From: Obrimoposthia wandeli
Lineage: Eukaryota
DNA length: 64,000 nt
Reading direction: 5' to 3'
NCBI GenBank assembly: GCA_977020255.1
Contig: CDROCS010001087.1
Coordinates: forward strand, 744,001 to 808,000
The notes beneath the pieces were generated by a model. It had not been told where the DNA came from. It made no database searches and saw only the letters and a list, made by a program, of their open reading frames with translations. Numbering within the stretch: the stretch's first letter is position 1; every line of letters starts with the position of its first letter. The position numbers and the translations under genes are program-made. This document shows positions 41,401-54,314 of the stretch, in pieces.

Positions 41401-43849
41401 ACTAAATGGAAAGGGCTGCTTGACAGTGAATTTTTATTTTATTTTTAGCAAGTATACTTGCGAAGGTTGAACAGTTTCGAAATTGCTAATCAAGCAAACC
41501 CAGCATTATTATTTCCTTTCCGGCATTGAATTCACCTTCAAGATGAAAGGTAATATGAAACAATTCGTTCGGTCTTGGTAATCTTTTTGTTGTTGATCAG
41601 AATACATTAACTCAACCTGCTTGTTCTCACAGTTGCGGTAAAAAAACAAAATGTCGTAAAGCAACCATGGGAGAGTGCGATGTAAAAAAGTCCGAAATGT
41701 AATGCATGTTACTCAAGCTATGAAACAATCTGGAGTAGTTCCTTCACAACAGTCGTTCCCAAGCCGAGATCGGAATCAAAATTTGCATTCTTGTATTAGT
41801 TTTGCAAATAATTGTATTGATACCCCAAAAAACTAAAAAGGTACCATAACTTGAAATCGAAACGTACCCGTTTTTCCTTTGATAAACATTTTTGCACGAT
41901 GTTGGTTTGATATAATTCTTCCATGAAATTCTTTCTTATCTTATTATAAATTTTTGAATACTCAAAATGTGACTGCTGTACAATTTATATTTTAGTAAGT
42001 AATAAGTAGAATATTTTTTCACTAGTCCACGGCAGTAGTAATAGCAATCAGCAGTAATAATTTTGCAAGTTACTAATATAATACCAATTTAATACCAATT
42101 AATATACCAAGTTACACTCATGTAATGCAAAGTTCATTTTTTAACGAGAAATGTACCATATTATCCCCACCTTGCGTAAACGAAACATCAATGTCAAAAC
42201 ACATTTATAGGAAAAAAATTATGCACATAGAAATTTTGTATTCCTAATATGTAAATAAATAGTGAATTGGTACTTACTGTGAAAATTTACATGTGACAAG
42301 ATGTTGAAGAAGTGTAAGAACGTATCGCTATTACCATATATTGTGAAAAATATTTTAAATAAATGTCAAATAAACTGTTAAACATTAGTTTTATCACCAA
42401 TTGAAATAAAAGTATTAATTGCGTCAATTCATGTGACTTGAGTAGGTAGATATGATGACTCCAAGACCCCTACTCGACAAAGTTCATCTGCCAAAGTCCA
42501 TCAGTGACTAATGTTCAAGGTTGTACACTGGATTTGTTTACACAATGCTCAGTTCACATCATTACTGTGTGATGACACGCTTCACCCCACTATCACATCA
42601 AATGTATTTTTTACTAACATATTACGTAACGTTTAAACTATATAAACTGAATGATTTTTCATTCAATTCATTTTCAACAATTGATAAAATAGCACAAGAA
42701 CATTTAAACAATATGAAATTCAAACTTCATTGAATGAATAATCAAGAAGAAATTTTTGAACAGGAATGTTTAGATCATGTGAAGAACGTTTCCCAGAAGA
42801 AGCTGAAACTCGAAGCTCTGACAATGTCACAATATCAGACGACTCTGAAATCCCAATTTGTGATTGTGAAGTACTATTTCTACATAGGTTTCAAATAAAT
42901 GCATTATTCTTCCAACAGCCTTCTTATGGTTGAGCAACGACTCAAATGCAACGAGTAATTATCAAACAATTATATAATCTATTGTCAAACATAAAAAATG
43001 AAGAACAGGATTATAGATTACGGTCGTTAGAGCAAACATAAAAACCACATTATGAAGAAATCATCAAATTTGTGAGTAAGCTCAACATTTATCGTTCAAA
43101 GAACCATATTAAACCAATACACAATTTATGAAGCACATCTAGACTGGCAACATAGAATCATGAAAGCTTTAAAAGTTGAGGAAGATAACGTTCCTATTAT
43201 TAACCGTGACGACTTTCAGCTCAAGTTGGATGGAGAATATAGGAATTTATACGTACAAAAGAAAACATTTATGGAGAATAGCAATAAGAAAACGTGAAGG
43301 ATATGTTATTGAATATATTTACTTTTATTTTGGAAAATTGTTTAATATTAAACCTTATTATTCATTTAGAAGGATGTTGTAAATATGGTAGATATAGATA
43401 TTACCTAGACAAGCGTGGGTAACCAGATAAGGAGGTGCTTCTAAAATTATGGCGAGCGACAAACCTTACCAAAGACAATACGGGTACTTTAACTTATATT
43501 GATAATATATAATTTTTAATATATGCTTTATTACGGTTTCATACTAGATTATATTGTAAAATAAAATTAATTCCGTAATTAAATTATTTATCTAATGAAA
43601 AAAATAAAAATAACAATTATATAAATAAAAATAAATTTGTAGTTACAAATATTTTTATTTCAAATATTATTAGCAAAAAAGAAGAAGCCTCTAAGTTGAT
43701 ACATTTATTATACAAAATCACAAAAATAGCGTCAAATAAAAAATTAAAATGGAAATATCATCATGATAAATAATACGAAATATAATTGAGTCAATATTGC
43801 TGTATTTAAGCCTACCTATTTACGCTTATTATCAAAAGAACTTAAATAT

Positions 43850-44532
43850 ATTTACTGTATTTGCATACGTATCCTGAACTTGTACAATCACGGTAGTCTT
43901 TTTCTCGATTTCGCTATATACTTTTGCCAACGCCTCTATTTCTTCTTTTGGCATATGTGGTTTTAATAATAACTGCTCCTTCAGTTTTCACTTCTTTCTC
44001 TCTCTTTAATGAAAGCGTCAGTCAGCTCTTCTTTGATAACATTATAGTATTTGACTATTGATAGCATCAACAAAGTTTTTCCTTCTAATACTGAACGATG
44101 AGAAACGCTCGCCTTTTACTTGCTTCACTTTTGCAAGTTTGAAAATTTGTTAACTATGGATTTTCTTTCTAGGACATTTTCTTCAAACCATTTTTTGACT
44201 TCGATTTCTGAATTTAACCTTTCACTGGCATATTTCCATAATAATCCAGCTTCGTTGGTCAACAGAAACTCAAATGCATCCCCAATATTAATTTGATTTT
44301 CGTCAACCCATTCTCCTATATCTTTTAACCATTGTTCACCTTCCTTTGAACTCATTCCATCGTATTTTCTTATCTTATACTAGAACATCCTCATTTGCTC
44401 TTCAGGATATTATATTTATTTCGACGTGGTCGCCAGTTTTGTTTTCTATCGTAGACATAATTCAAGACTTAGATTCCACAATAAAAATTTATATTCTGGT
44501 TATTTAAATAGTAAATCCGGTTTCTGATTACA
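43850..44532 (-). mobile_element. Ty3/gypsy 5' LTR (44440-44532), PBS and gag remnant inserted in the old pPolB
   Basis: 93-bp TGTAATCAGAAA...GATAGAAAACA; PBS TGGCGACCACGTCGA 4 nt downstream (44421-44435); gag-like ORF 44125-44355. Confidence 0.65.
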
Positions 44533-45900
44533 TAACTTCTGATAAACAGTCTTATGATATTTTCTTTCTACGAAGGCCTCAAAAACATCAGCAAGCAAAT
44601 ATAAATATAAGTTTAAATATACACGCATTTAATCATTTGGACTTTCACAATTGAATTCATTAAACATTACAGTATCTAATTCAGTAACAGGAAGTAACGT
44701 ATTTAAAACTTCTTCTGATGTAACTTATTCATATGGAAATACTCCCTCGGATATTATTTGGCTATTTGATAATTCTATACTTGTTAAAGGCAGGTTTTTC
44801 ATCTTACTAACTAATTGAAACAAACTTTCACTCATAAATTGAAAATAATCTATAAAATGCAATATAGCAAATCGTGTTCTTACGGCAAGAACATTTCAGT
44901 TGATAATGGTATACACGAAAAATCTTTTTTTAATTTAGATATAGCATGTTTTAAGTTATGTAATAAGATTGCCAAAACAGGAACCTCGTTTAATCTACGA
45001 GATATATTTCATTTATTACAAACAGCTTCTAAATATTTATCAGTCATGGGATCATGATACTAAAAAGGTTTATCTATTTTTGGATGACATAAGTAACCAT
45101 TTTTGGCTGTTTTGTATGCTCGCCAATCCAAAGATTTCATTTTAATACTTTATTAGTGTGAGTATTAAACCAGGGTTTTACATTATATTGCATTAAACTT
45201 TACTAATAAATTTTGCAAAAATAGTTTTAGAAAGGTCCACAAACTTGGAAAAAGTCTTTGCTAGAATTTTGTGAAGTGAATTGCCCTGTTTACTCAATGT
45301 ACATAATTTAAGATCTTTTTATATGTATTTTGTTGTCTAAAACAATGTAGACATTTTTGACACAATTTACTTTGAATGCTTCTTTTACGATAATTTGAAA
45401 GACGATCTAAATCTGTTACTCTTATATAATGAAAGTTTCTATCATTCCGTAACATAGAGAGATTGAAGACTTCATCTTCATGATTCCTAGTCATATACAT
45501 AACATTTACAAATTTATGTTTAAAAAAGATCATAACTTCCATCATCAAAATCCTTTTCATCGTCATATATAAATATTTTAGATTTAATCATCATATTTAC
45601 AACATTTTCGTTCTGTATTTTAACAGTTTTGAAAAGAAATAAAGTTGTTTACATTATTATCAACAAATTCACGTGTAATATAGCTATCATTCAAATCGCT
45701 TGTTACTTCAGCTCTAAATTATTTTATATGTTTTGATGAAGTTGAAAAACGATTATTTATTTTACGCTTAAAGGGGACTTTTCAATTGGAACATATGACA
45801 CTTTTTTCTTTCAAATTATGTTTATGAGATGCATTGAAATTTGCATAGCTATCAATTGAAAATAGGATATACAAGTAGGATATACATAGTAACTAGTACC
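44533..45900 (-). pseudogene. Degraded protein-primed DNA polymerase B of the older element
   Basis: FHYIRVTDLDRL..CQKCLHCF, HDPMTDKYLEAVCN, LLHNLK, GVFPYE and YLLADVFEAF are collinear with motifs of the pPolB at 51362-52695. Confidence 0.85.
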
Positions 45901-46066
45901 TGCATGTTGAAGTTTATAATATGGTTCCATGTTGTCATAATAATTGTTATGAATCGTACTTAAAAAATAAAATAGATAAAGTTGACATAAGAATTATAAA
46001 ACCTAATGTTGATGTGGAATGTATTGTTGCTCAAATGCTGATAACTGCATTGATGTTGATGCATAT

Positions 46067-46350
46067 AGTAGGTGGATGTGTCCGGTCTAATCCACACCCC
46101 CTCCCCCCTGTCCTTTAAAACCGTGCATGTGTGTGGAGTGAAATTTCGTGTAGGTGTGTGAAGTGAAATTTCACTCCATACACATGCACGGTTTTAAAGG
46201 ACAGGGGGGTCCCAAAAAACGTTTTCGCGCCTCTCGGCGCGAAAGGCTCGGGACGGGTGTATATCACAGACTTCCTTGGGTGATGGATGTTAGACGGTGG
46301 GTGTAAGTCGATGAGTGATGGGTGTAAGTCGTTGGTGGGTGGTGGGTGTT
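46067..46350 (+). repeat. Left terminal inverted repeat with subterminal palindrome
   Basis: Core ~145 bp matches 57030-57175 in reverse; further similarity 46250-46350 to 56880-56975; palindrome arms 46103-46147 and 46165-46209. Confidence 0.92.
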
Positions 46351-46516
46351 GGTGACTACACATGTAGACGACCCGTGTCATACCCAAGACCCTAATACAC
46401 ACCACCCGCCCCTTTGTGGCGGGCTTCATTCTTGATCTCCAGGCACGAAAAACATTACAAAAAATAAATTATTTGAATAAGAGGCTCTCATTGGACAATA
46501 AAAGAGGGTTAGTAAG

Positions 46517-48388
46517 ATGTTTGTGTATATAAAGACACGTCCGTTCATTATTTTTCATAAATCAACAATTCCATTCTACAACAACGTTGACCTAGACGAA
46601 GAGACAGAGGTTCAACTCTATGGGGATCTCTCTCCAGTGCAGCAGCAAACGCCACCACCGTCGCAATACATTGACTTACATAGTCAAGACTCATCGGTGG
46701 TGAGCTAAGGAGAAGCAGCAGCAAGAGCAGACCTGTTGGAAGAAGAAGCCCCATTGGCCAGCTCAACTCCAAGAGAACAACCAATGGACGTGAGAGGCGG
46801 GGTACAGAGATCCCAATATATTGACCTGACAAGTCAGGATTCGATAAAGAATTGGGGAGACTGTACTCCCAGGCAAAACATAGAAGCTGTTCGTCCAGCA
46901 ACTTCGGCAGTAGCAGCAAGGAAATCCTGGCCATGGAAATTGATCCCGCTGTCGCAGCCGGAGAAAGTCCTCGCACCAGACTCAGACGAGGAGTTGTTCA
47001 CCGATGACGTTCCGTCGGATGGGGAGGAGGACTTGATTCCATTCATCGATGAATGGATACAGCCAAGTATTGGAGCCCCAGGAGCCAACGAGTCGATGGT
47101 GGCAGAATTGGACGAGGACGAGTTGCACCTGTTCACCTATGATAATAAACCTATGATTGGGATGGTCTCACTTCCTCTGCTACTCCGAAAGCGGATAATA
47201 CAACGCCTGAACCATTCAAAAGGCCGAAATCTCCTGTTAGGAGAATAAAAGCGATGAATGAGGTTAGACATCATTTATTTTAAATGTTTTTAATTTCATT
47301 TTCAGAAACTTCAACTAGATTTGGCACCGTCAGTGACCATGACGGAGAGGCTGATTGAACTGCAGTACTTGGCGAGTCAATGTAGTCAGGAGCTGCCAAG
47401 GAGTCAGCTCCGATACCTAACGTCTCCAGATAATTTTAAGGTAAATTATTAGATATTAAATTTAATAATTCACATAGATGGAGAACATTCTCGAAATGGC
47501 GACGCCTATTCAACCGGTGGATAGGAAGCAAGCGGCAGTTAAGAAACCGCAACGCCATCGGGTCAAAACCCACACTCGGAAGAAGGCCAAGTTGGTGAAA
47601 CAGGCTAACCTGCCCATCATTGAGGTAAAATATTTATATGTTTAAATGTTATTAATATTTTGCAGGAATCCGTCCAGATAATTGAGGAGAAATGGGGAGA
47701 AATTACTCCTTTCCCGCGGAAACGGACGAAGCGAGCAGAGATGAAGAAGGCGAAGCGCTCAAGAACATGTTCCACCTCAATTGGCCATAATTCTGAGACA
47801 GTGATTGGACGGCAGGAGATTCTCCCATCTCCAGTGGACGACGGGGCAATTCTATACGAGAGGATCCCAGTCTCACCGATCGAGATTAGTCCGCCATCAA
47901 ATCAACGACGCGTACAGGAGACATCAAATTTGGCCAGGGTTTGTGAGACTGCATCTCCAACAACCAGCCAAAACTTGAAGAGGGCCTGGGATGAAGCTGA
48001 ATTGGATGAATTCCAGGCGGAACTGGATACACCGGCAATGCTTCCAGATTCGCTAGGGAAACAGGATGCCGTCTCACGTCAGCTTCAGTGTGAGAAGGAG
48101 GAGAAACAGAAGAAAACTCCGCGGGAGAGGAAGACTACTGCTTTTATGTCAGGGCCATGAACATCGGCTGCACCTCCTCCCAAAAAGTTTCGGGAAATAT
48201 TGCCAAAACCTGAGGGAAGGACAATTGCTACAAACCAACAGGTGAAGGCGAAAAAGAAAACGGGCCGTCCAAAGAAGAATTAACCAGTACCGCTTTCTCC
48301 ATTAATACTTAGTCAGAGGGATTTCGATCCGGATGATCCCAATGATGACTTTGTAAAGATGTTTAAGAATATAATTTATAAAAATTAA
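46517..48388 (+). pseudogene. Orphan low-complexity nuclear protein gene with three introns
   Basis: Phase-0 introns 47263-47305, 47441-47477 and 47625-47665 join an open frame (..RPKSPVRRIKAMNE|KLQL..PDNFK|MENIL..LPIIE|ESVQ..); in-frame stops at 46706, 48158 and 48281 plus a frameshift near 47153; true start uncertain. Confidence 0.75.
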
Positions 48389-48605
48389 TTTCATATATTT
48401 TCTTCCTTATATTTATTTTTTTAAAAATTTTAAATTAGAAATATTAAAATACTATCTTTAAGTTTATTAGGTTTAAATGCAAGATAAGTTATAGATTTAT
48501 TAAACTCTTATTTGATAAATAAAAATATATCATATTATTGGATTAAAAAATATCTTAAATTTATATACATAGGTTCAAAATTATGAACCTCATCATAATT
48601 AAAAA

Positions 48606-48928
48606 ATGGAATTCATTAAAATGAAGAGTCTGGTAACGAAGATTGAAGCAAACATCAGAAGAAATGAGAAGAAATGGGACTTAAGAAAGAGGGTCCTCAA
48701 TCAGAATATGTATACTGCTGTCGCGACCGAGTGGAATCATCGGGTGGAGATACAAGATAGGAGGTTAGCAGAAAGACGTCGAAATATTGGAGTGGAATAA
48801 GAAGATCGAAATGGAAAAGAAGGAAGTGGATGAAAAAAGAAGAGAAGAGATGGAGGATAATCGTCGAGCAGCAAGAAAGAGAATCCTCCAGATTAAACCG
48901 GAAGAGGGTCCTTCTAAAAAAAATTAAT
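48606..48928 (+). pseudogene. Small charged coiled-coil-like orphan protein
   Basis: MEFIKMKSL..RRRNI then a frameshift to LEWNKKIEMEKKEVDEKRREEMEDNRRAARKRIL..KKN*. Confidence 0.55.
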
Positions 48929-49068
48929 TTTTGATTATTATTTTGTCTTTATTGATTATGTTACATAGGAGAATTGACAATATATACCAATCTTAACATG
49001 AAAGTACTTTGTTATTTTAATGAATTTTTCGTTATAAACAACGGGATTTGCTGCAAATTTAGATAATT

Positions 49069-49560
49069 ATGCAGGAATATATTATAGATTTTGAGGCTTT
49101 CATTAACAAAAATGGTGATTATATTATAAAAAAATTATGTATTATGGATGTATGCGACGTTTTTCATCCTTTGCATTTCATATTTCAAATAGATATCCCG
49201 TTTAAAAGTTTAGATTATAAGAAAAAATTTACTAATTTATATCTAACTAATTACCTTCATTTATTAAAATGGAAAGAAGGACATAAGGCTTTTTGTGAAA
49301 TATGTATTTTTGATACAATAACATTTAATTTTGATATAGAAATTGGATTTTTTTATGTTTTAGATGAAATGGATGGCAAAAAGTATAAGACTTTAAAAAA
49401 ATATTTTCCCAAATTGAGATTGAATACTTTAAATATTTCACGTGATCATCTATTAAAAATTCCACGAAATATTTGCTGTCGATATCGTAATCATGGTGAC
49501 CATTGCACATATTAAAAATGTTTAAGTCTATCTTATTATTACTTGACATGTAGATAAACA
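49069..49560 (+). CDS. DEDD/DnaQ-like 3'-5' exonuclease family protein
   Basis: ExoI-like IIDFEAF..IIKKLCI, LKWKEG, and C-terminal CRYRNHGDHC..KC; probable premature stop at 49513. Confidence 0.6.
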
Positions 49561-49747
49561 ATTCGTCTAATTCATAATTTTCATTCAATTACAAACAATT
49601 CTTTTGATTGGAGGAATAAAAATTATTTTTTCGACCATTTACAATCCTTCTAAATTTTTTTAATCCAATAGGAAAAGAGCATGTGTGCATAAATTTTAGT
49701 ATATAAGCAAACACTTTCTTCATTTAAATCCCCGACAATTTGAAATA

Positions 49748-52700
49748 ATGACTATTGTAAGAATCTATACTTATTATTTCCTTATTAATATTTATTATTT
49801 CAGATTACTTGTATCCTGTTTCCAGCATATTGTGGTGCTTCAGCTCCACATGGAGGATAGACCTGCATGGAGATAATGTCCGCCTACTATCAGACAAAGT
49901 CTCGAGGGCTTCACTTCTTCGTCTGCCCCTTCTGCAGAACAATGGAGGAAAAGGAGTTTCGAGTCTTCTTCGGTGAACATCGAGCTCATCTATCGTGTTT
50001 CACGGCCAACAAAAAGAAGAGGGATATCGTGCAATTGGTGCGCGATTCGCTGGCCGCACCTGCTCCAATTCCAGTTGCAGTCGATCAACCCGTTTACGGT
50101 CCTGCAATTGATCTCCTGGCTCCTGATTCTGCCCCATCCACTCAAATGACTAACAATGAGTGGATGAATGACATATCCCAGTCAGATTTCGAGATGGAGC
50201 GATAACTCCTGGTTGGAGACCACCGAGGAATTCGATTTCGTCGAGATAACGGACGACAGCTGGATGGATTCCATCAATGAAGATGACTTCATTCCAGCTC
50301 CAAATGTATTGCCTTCATTAGGTATTTTTTATTTATATTTTTTTAAAATTGTAATTATATATATTATTGTAATTATATTTTATTTTAATTTTTTATTCAG
50401 GAAATACCGTGATACAGCCGTCATCCGTTACGACAGCCATGCCTCCCCCATCGCGAGTGCCTACATCGATGTTAGCACGTCTTAGAGGTAATAATATTAA
50501 AAAATATATTTTTTTTTTAATATTTTTTTTCAGCAGCATTATCCTCTACAACAGCCGCTTCTTTATCGGCAAGGTCAGCTCCTACCTCAAATGCAGCATC
50601 TACAACTGCAGCAGCACTTACTTCAGCAGCATCTACTACATCAGCTGCGATTGCCTCAACATTGGCAGCATGTCCAATAGCAGCACCTTCAACCTCAACT
50701 GTTAATATAAATAGTTGTCTTCCCGTTCAATTAGGGGGAGGTTTGTCAGCGACTGTAGGAAGAAAGAGGCGAGGCCAATTTCTTAATAAGGTCCCACCAA
50801 AAAAACGTAGAGAAAACGGTGCTACTATAGAGTATTACTTAAATAATAAATATGTTATAGTTAAGGTGCCATTAGGAAATGAAATTTTATTAAACGTAGG
50901 TGTAGATTCAAATATTGAAAATCTTTTAAAATCAGAAGTGACTAAATTAGGACAGGCTAAGGTTCAATTTTGCGCAACAGTGCAGTTTAAAAATGTCAAT
51001 GAGGAAACTAAAACTTGGGTAATTTCACATAAAGCAACTGTTTTCTATGTTAATTTTGTAACTGAAATTGGAAGAAACCTAGATGAAAGAAAATTGCTAA
51101 TTATAGCGAGTTAAGTAGTGGATGGACTCTGGTAAGAATTCACGATGTTAGCTTTGTTCTAACAAAGTTCAATGACATTATATATCTTTCGTGGAGTTCA
51201 TATATTCCTTCACCTAGATCTCTTTAACTTTCACCTTCCATTGTTAACGTACAAAACAGTGATAACCTTTGCTTTCTGTATAGCGTGTTGGCCATCCTCA
51301 AAAGAATGTAATTATTGAGCACAGAGAGCGTGTCAGAAAATATACCCCTTTTTTAAATGAATTGCATTATCATGGAATAGATTTTCCTGTTAAATTAACT
51401 GCGATATCAAGATTTGAACACCTTAATAACTTGAATATTAATGTATTCAAATATAATACTGATATCTCAATTAATGTAACAGATGAAGAAATTAAAAAAA
51501 AACATTTTGTAGATGTAATTTATAGGAGCAAAAATGAGGAGACTCAGGTCAACTTCATTTTGCTCGAACATAATAAAAAATTCCACTATGCTGCAATTCC
51601 CAATTTAGATCGTCTTCTAAATTTAGATAATGGAGCCTTACCGGTTAGGATAAGGTGTAAGTGGTGTCATAGATGTTTGCATGGATTCCGATCCGAGCTC
51701 TCTTACAGCAAACATCTGACATTATGTTCACTGAATCCTGATGACAATACGCTATATAACATGCCTAAGGATAAGGATTTAAAATTCAAGTATTGGACAA
51801 AATGCGTAACCGTGGAATTCAGGGTGTATGCTGATTTTGAGTCAAATTTAGCATTGCACGATCAGTATGAGAGTATTCACATACCGGCTTTGGCAGGCCT
51901 ATTATTCTTAAGCCCCAATATTACACAGTATCATAAATCTTTCGGTCCAAATTGTATTTTAGATTTTATGTTAAAATTAGAAACAACAATTGTCAAACTG
52001 TGGTATGATCTTAATGCTCATCAAGCAATCATCATGACAGGCATATACTGGGTTAATTTTAATTCTTGTAGATTATGTTATTTGTGTGGAACCCAGTCTA
52101 AGTTAGTCAGAGATCACGATCCTGTTACGGGGCGATACTTGGGAGCGATGTGCAACCTCTGTAACCTTGGCCGTCGTCTCCCTAAAAAACCACGAATTCC
52201 CATCGTGTTTCATAACCTCAAAGGATATGATTTGCATCATATACTTAAATATGCGTTGGGTACATTAAGCTCTTGGGAAATTTCATGTATACCTCAAACT
52301 TCAGAGAAATATTTATCTTTAACTGCATATACTGAATTCTGCAGTTTAAGATTCATAGATTCTTTGCAGTTTTTGAGGGGGTCTTAAAAAATTTAACGGC
52401 ATCTTTAAATGCATGGCCTATCACACAGTCAGTGTTTCCAACTTCGGTTAATGATAAGGGGATTTTTCCGTATAAATTTCCGTATAAATTTGCGAAAACC
52501 TTTGCAAATTTAGAAAATACTACAGAAATCCCACCCATAACTGAATTTCAAAGTGTAAGTCTTCAAGACTATAATGACGCCCGTATATTTTGGGCGAATA
52601 ATTGTCGAAATCTTCTTGAATATATGCTTTATTATATGAAATTAGACATTTATCTTTTAGCTGATGTTTTTGAGTCCTTTCGTGTAAAGTCTTAAGCAGA

Positions 52701-54119
52701 AGATGGGCTAGATCCCATGCATTTCTTTAGTTTACCTGGTCTTTCATGGGCATCAGCAATAAAAACTCTTAAAATTAATATCGAGTTACTGCAAGATCCC
52801 GCAATGTATCAAATGTATGATTATGGTATACGCGGTGGAATGACTTTTGTCAACAAACATCATGTTTTCAAAAATTAATCCACGGAGATTCTGTACATCG
52901 ATATTACTAATTTGTATGGGTGGGCGCTTACTCAACCTCTATCTCATGGCAACTTTAAGTGGGTTTATGACGAGGAAGAGTTGAATAAGTTGATGACAGA
53001 TTTGGCTACTGTCGATACAGTTTCATCATACATCGGCTATTTGGTTGAGGTTGACTTAACAATCCCTTCCAATGTGCATGATAAATTAGATGATCTTCCA
53101 GTAGCGCCTGTTCATTAATCCCCACCTAATTCAAAGGTTAAGAAATTATTGTTAACCCATGAAGACAAGTTGAATTATGTTGTGCATTGGCGGCTTCTTC
53201 AATTCTACTTAAAGTTGGGAGCGAAAGTTACTCGAATTCATCGTGTTATAAGCTTCAGTCAAACCTTGTGTTTAAAGACTATATTGAGAAGAATTCTAGA
53301 AAACGTAATTTGGCTACTAGCAAATTCGATCGGGATTTTTACAAGTTAAAAAATATTAGTCTCTTTGGAAAAACTGTAGAGGACTTGCGGAAACGTATTT
53401 GTCTACGGTTTTGCAATGATGAGCGTAAATTAATAACATATACTAGCAAGTACAACTTCAAGCGTAGTTTTACAATTGCAGATGACTTGGTAGCAGTGTT
53501 ATTAGGAAAACAGAGTATTTGTCTCGATCGACCGAGTTATATAGGTCAAACGGTTTTAGACATTTCTAAACTCAGAATGTACGAGCTTCAATACATAGAA
53601 TTGGAGAAATATAGACAAGAATTCAATTGTGAGATCAAAATCGCAGCTGGGGACACTGACTCTTTCTTTTTAGAATGTAAAAATGTTAGTTTAAATAATC
53701 AATTATTACCGGCAATGTTTAGGGACAACTTATTAGATACACATAAATATCCCGCTAACCATCCTCTACACTCTATGAGTTTAAAGGATATTATCGGGAA
53801 ATTTAAGGATGAAAGCGAGAGACAAGTTTTGTATGATGATTGTATTTTCCTACGCCCTAAATCCTACAGTTTACATGCATCTAATAATACATGTTCAATG
53901 AGAGCAAAGAGTGTGGAAAGAAACAATCTTACATATGAGGCCTACCGGAAAGTTTATGATACTGGGTGTATTGAAAGCGTTGAGCAAACTAGATTTATTT
54001 CAAGAGCCCATCAACAGTATTTCCATAAATCAACAAAAATCGCTTTGAGTAGTAATGATGACAAGCGCTTTTGGGTAGAAAAGAACGCTAGCCTGGCTTA
54101 TGGACACTTCCGAATTTAA
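49748..54119 (+). pseudogene. Protein-primed family B DNA polymerase (pPolB) with spliced N-terminal extension
   Basis: Motifs HNLKGYD and FIDS (exonuclease), YIDITNLYGWAL (A), KLKNISLFGKT (B), GDTDS (C); N-terminal SGWTL..NVQNSDNLCFLYSVLA; introns 49757-49803, 50322-50400 and 50488-50533; multiple stops and frameshifts. Confidence 0.93.
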
Positions 54120-54314
54120 ACGGTTTTCATTTTTTGATTTTTTTAGTTTAGTTTTTTTAAATTTTAGATCACTATGGCACCTTGACTCTAACTTTTTGTT
54201 ATTTCAAAACAGTTTTAAGGATGGACCTTATCTTTGCTGACAGATCTCATTGTGATGTTGTTTTTAATAAATGTATTAAAAATAATTCGTCTTATGTCTT
54301 TTATTATTTTACCC

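Noticed and set aside
29177-44532. One 15-kb LTR retrotransposon that captured the host's last three exons
   Set aside because: Order and orientation fit, but the flanks do not form a TSD (AGCTA vs TAACT), the LTR interiors differ, and only one LTR lies inside the old Polinton. Two separate insertions are more likely.
46067-46209. Endogenous parvovirus or bidnavirus suggested by the hairpin ends
   Set aside because: No NS1/Rep or SF3 helicase and no capsid motifs; the 6-bp TSD, AG..CT ends and adenain protease indicate a Polinton relative.
46548-47136. Minus-strand ORFs 46548-46976 and 46834-47136 as genes
   Set aside because: Antisense shadows of the GC-richer + strand orphan gene, with no recognisable motifs.
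51100-53350. Programmed frameshifting or stop readthrough in pPolB
   Set aside because: Breaks are numerous, include different stop codons and lack slippery sites; decay or assembly error is simpler.
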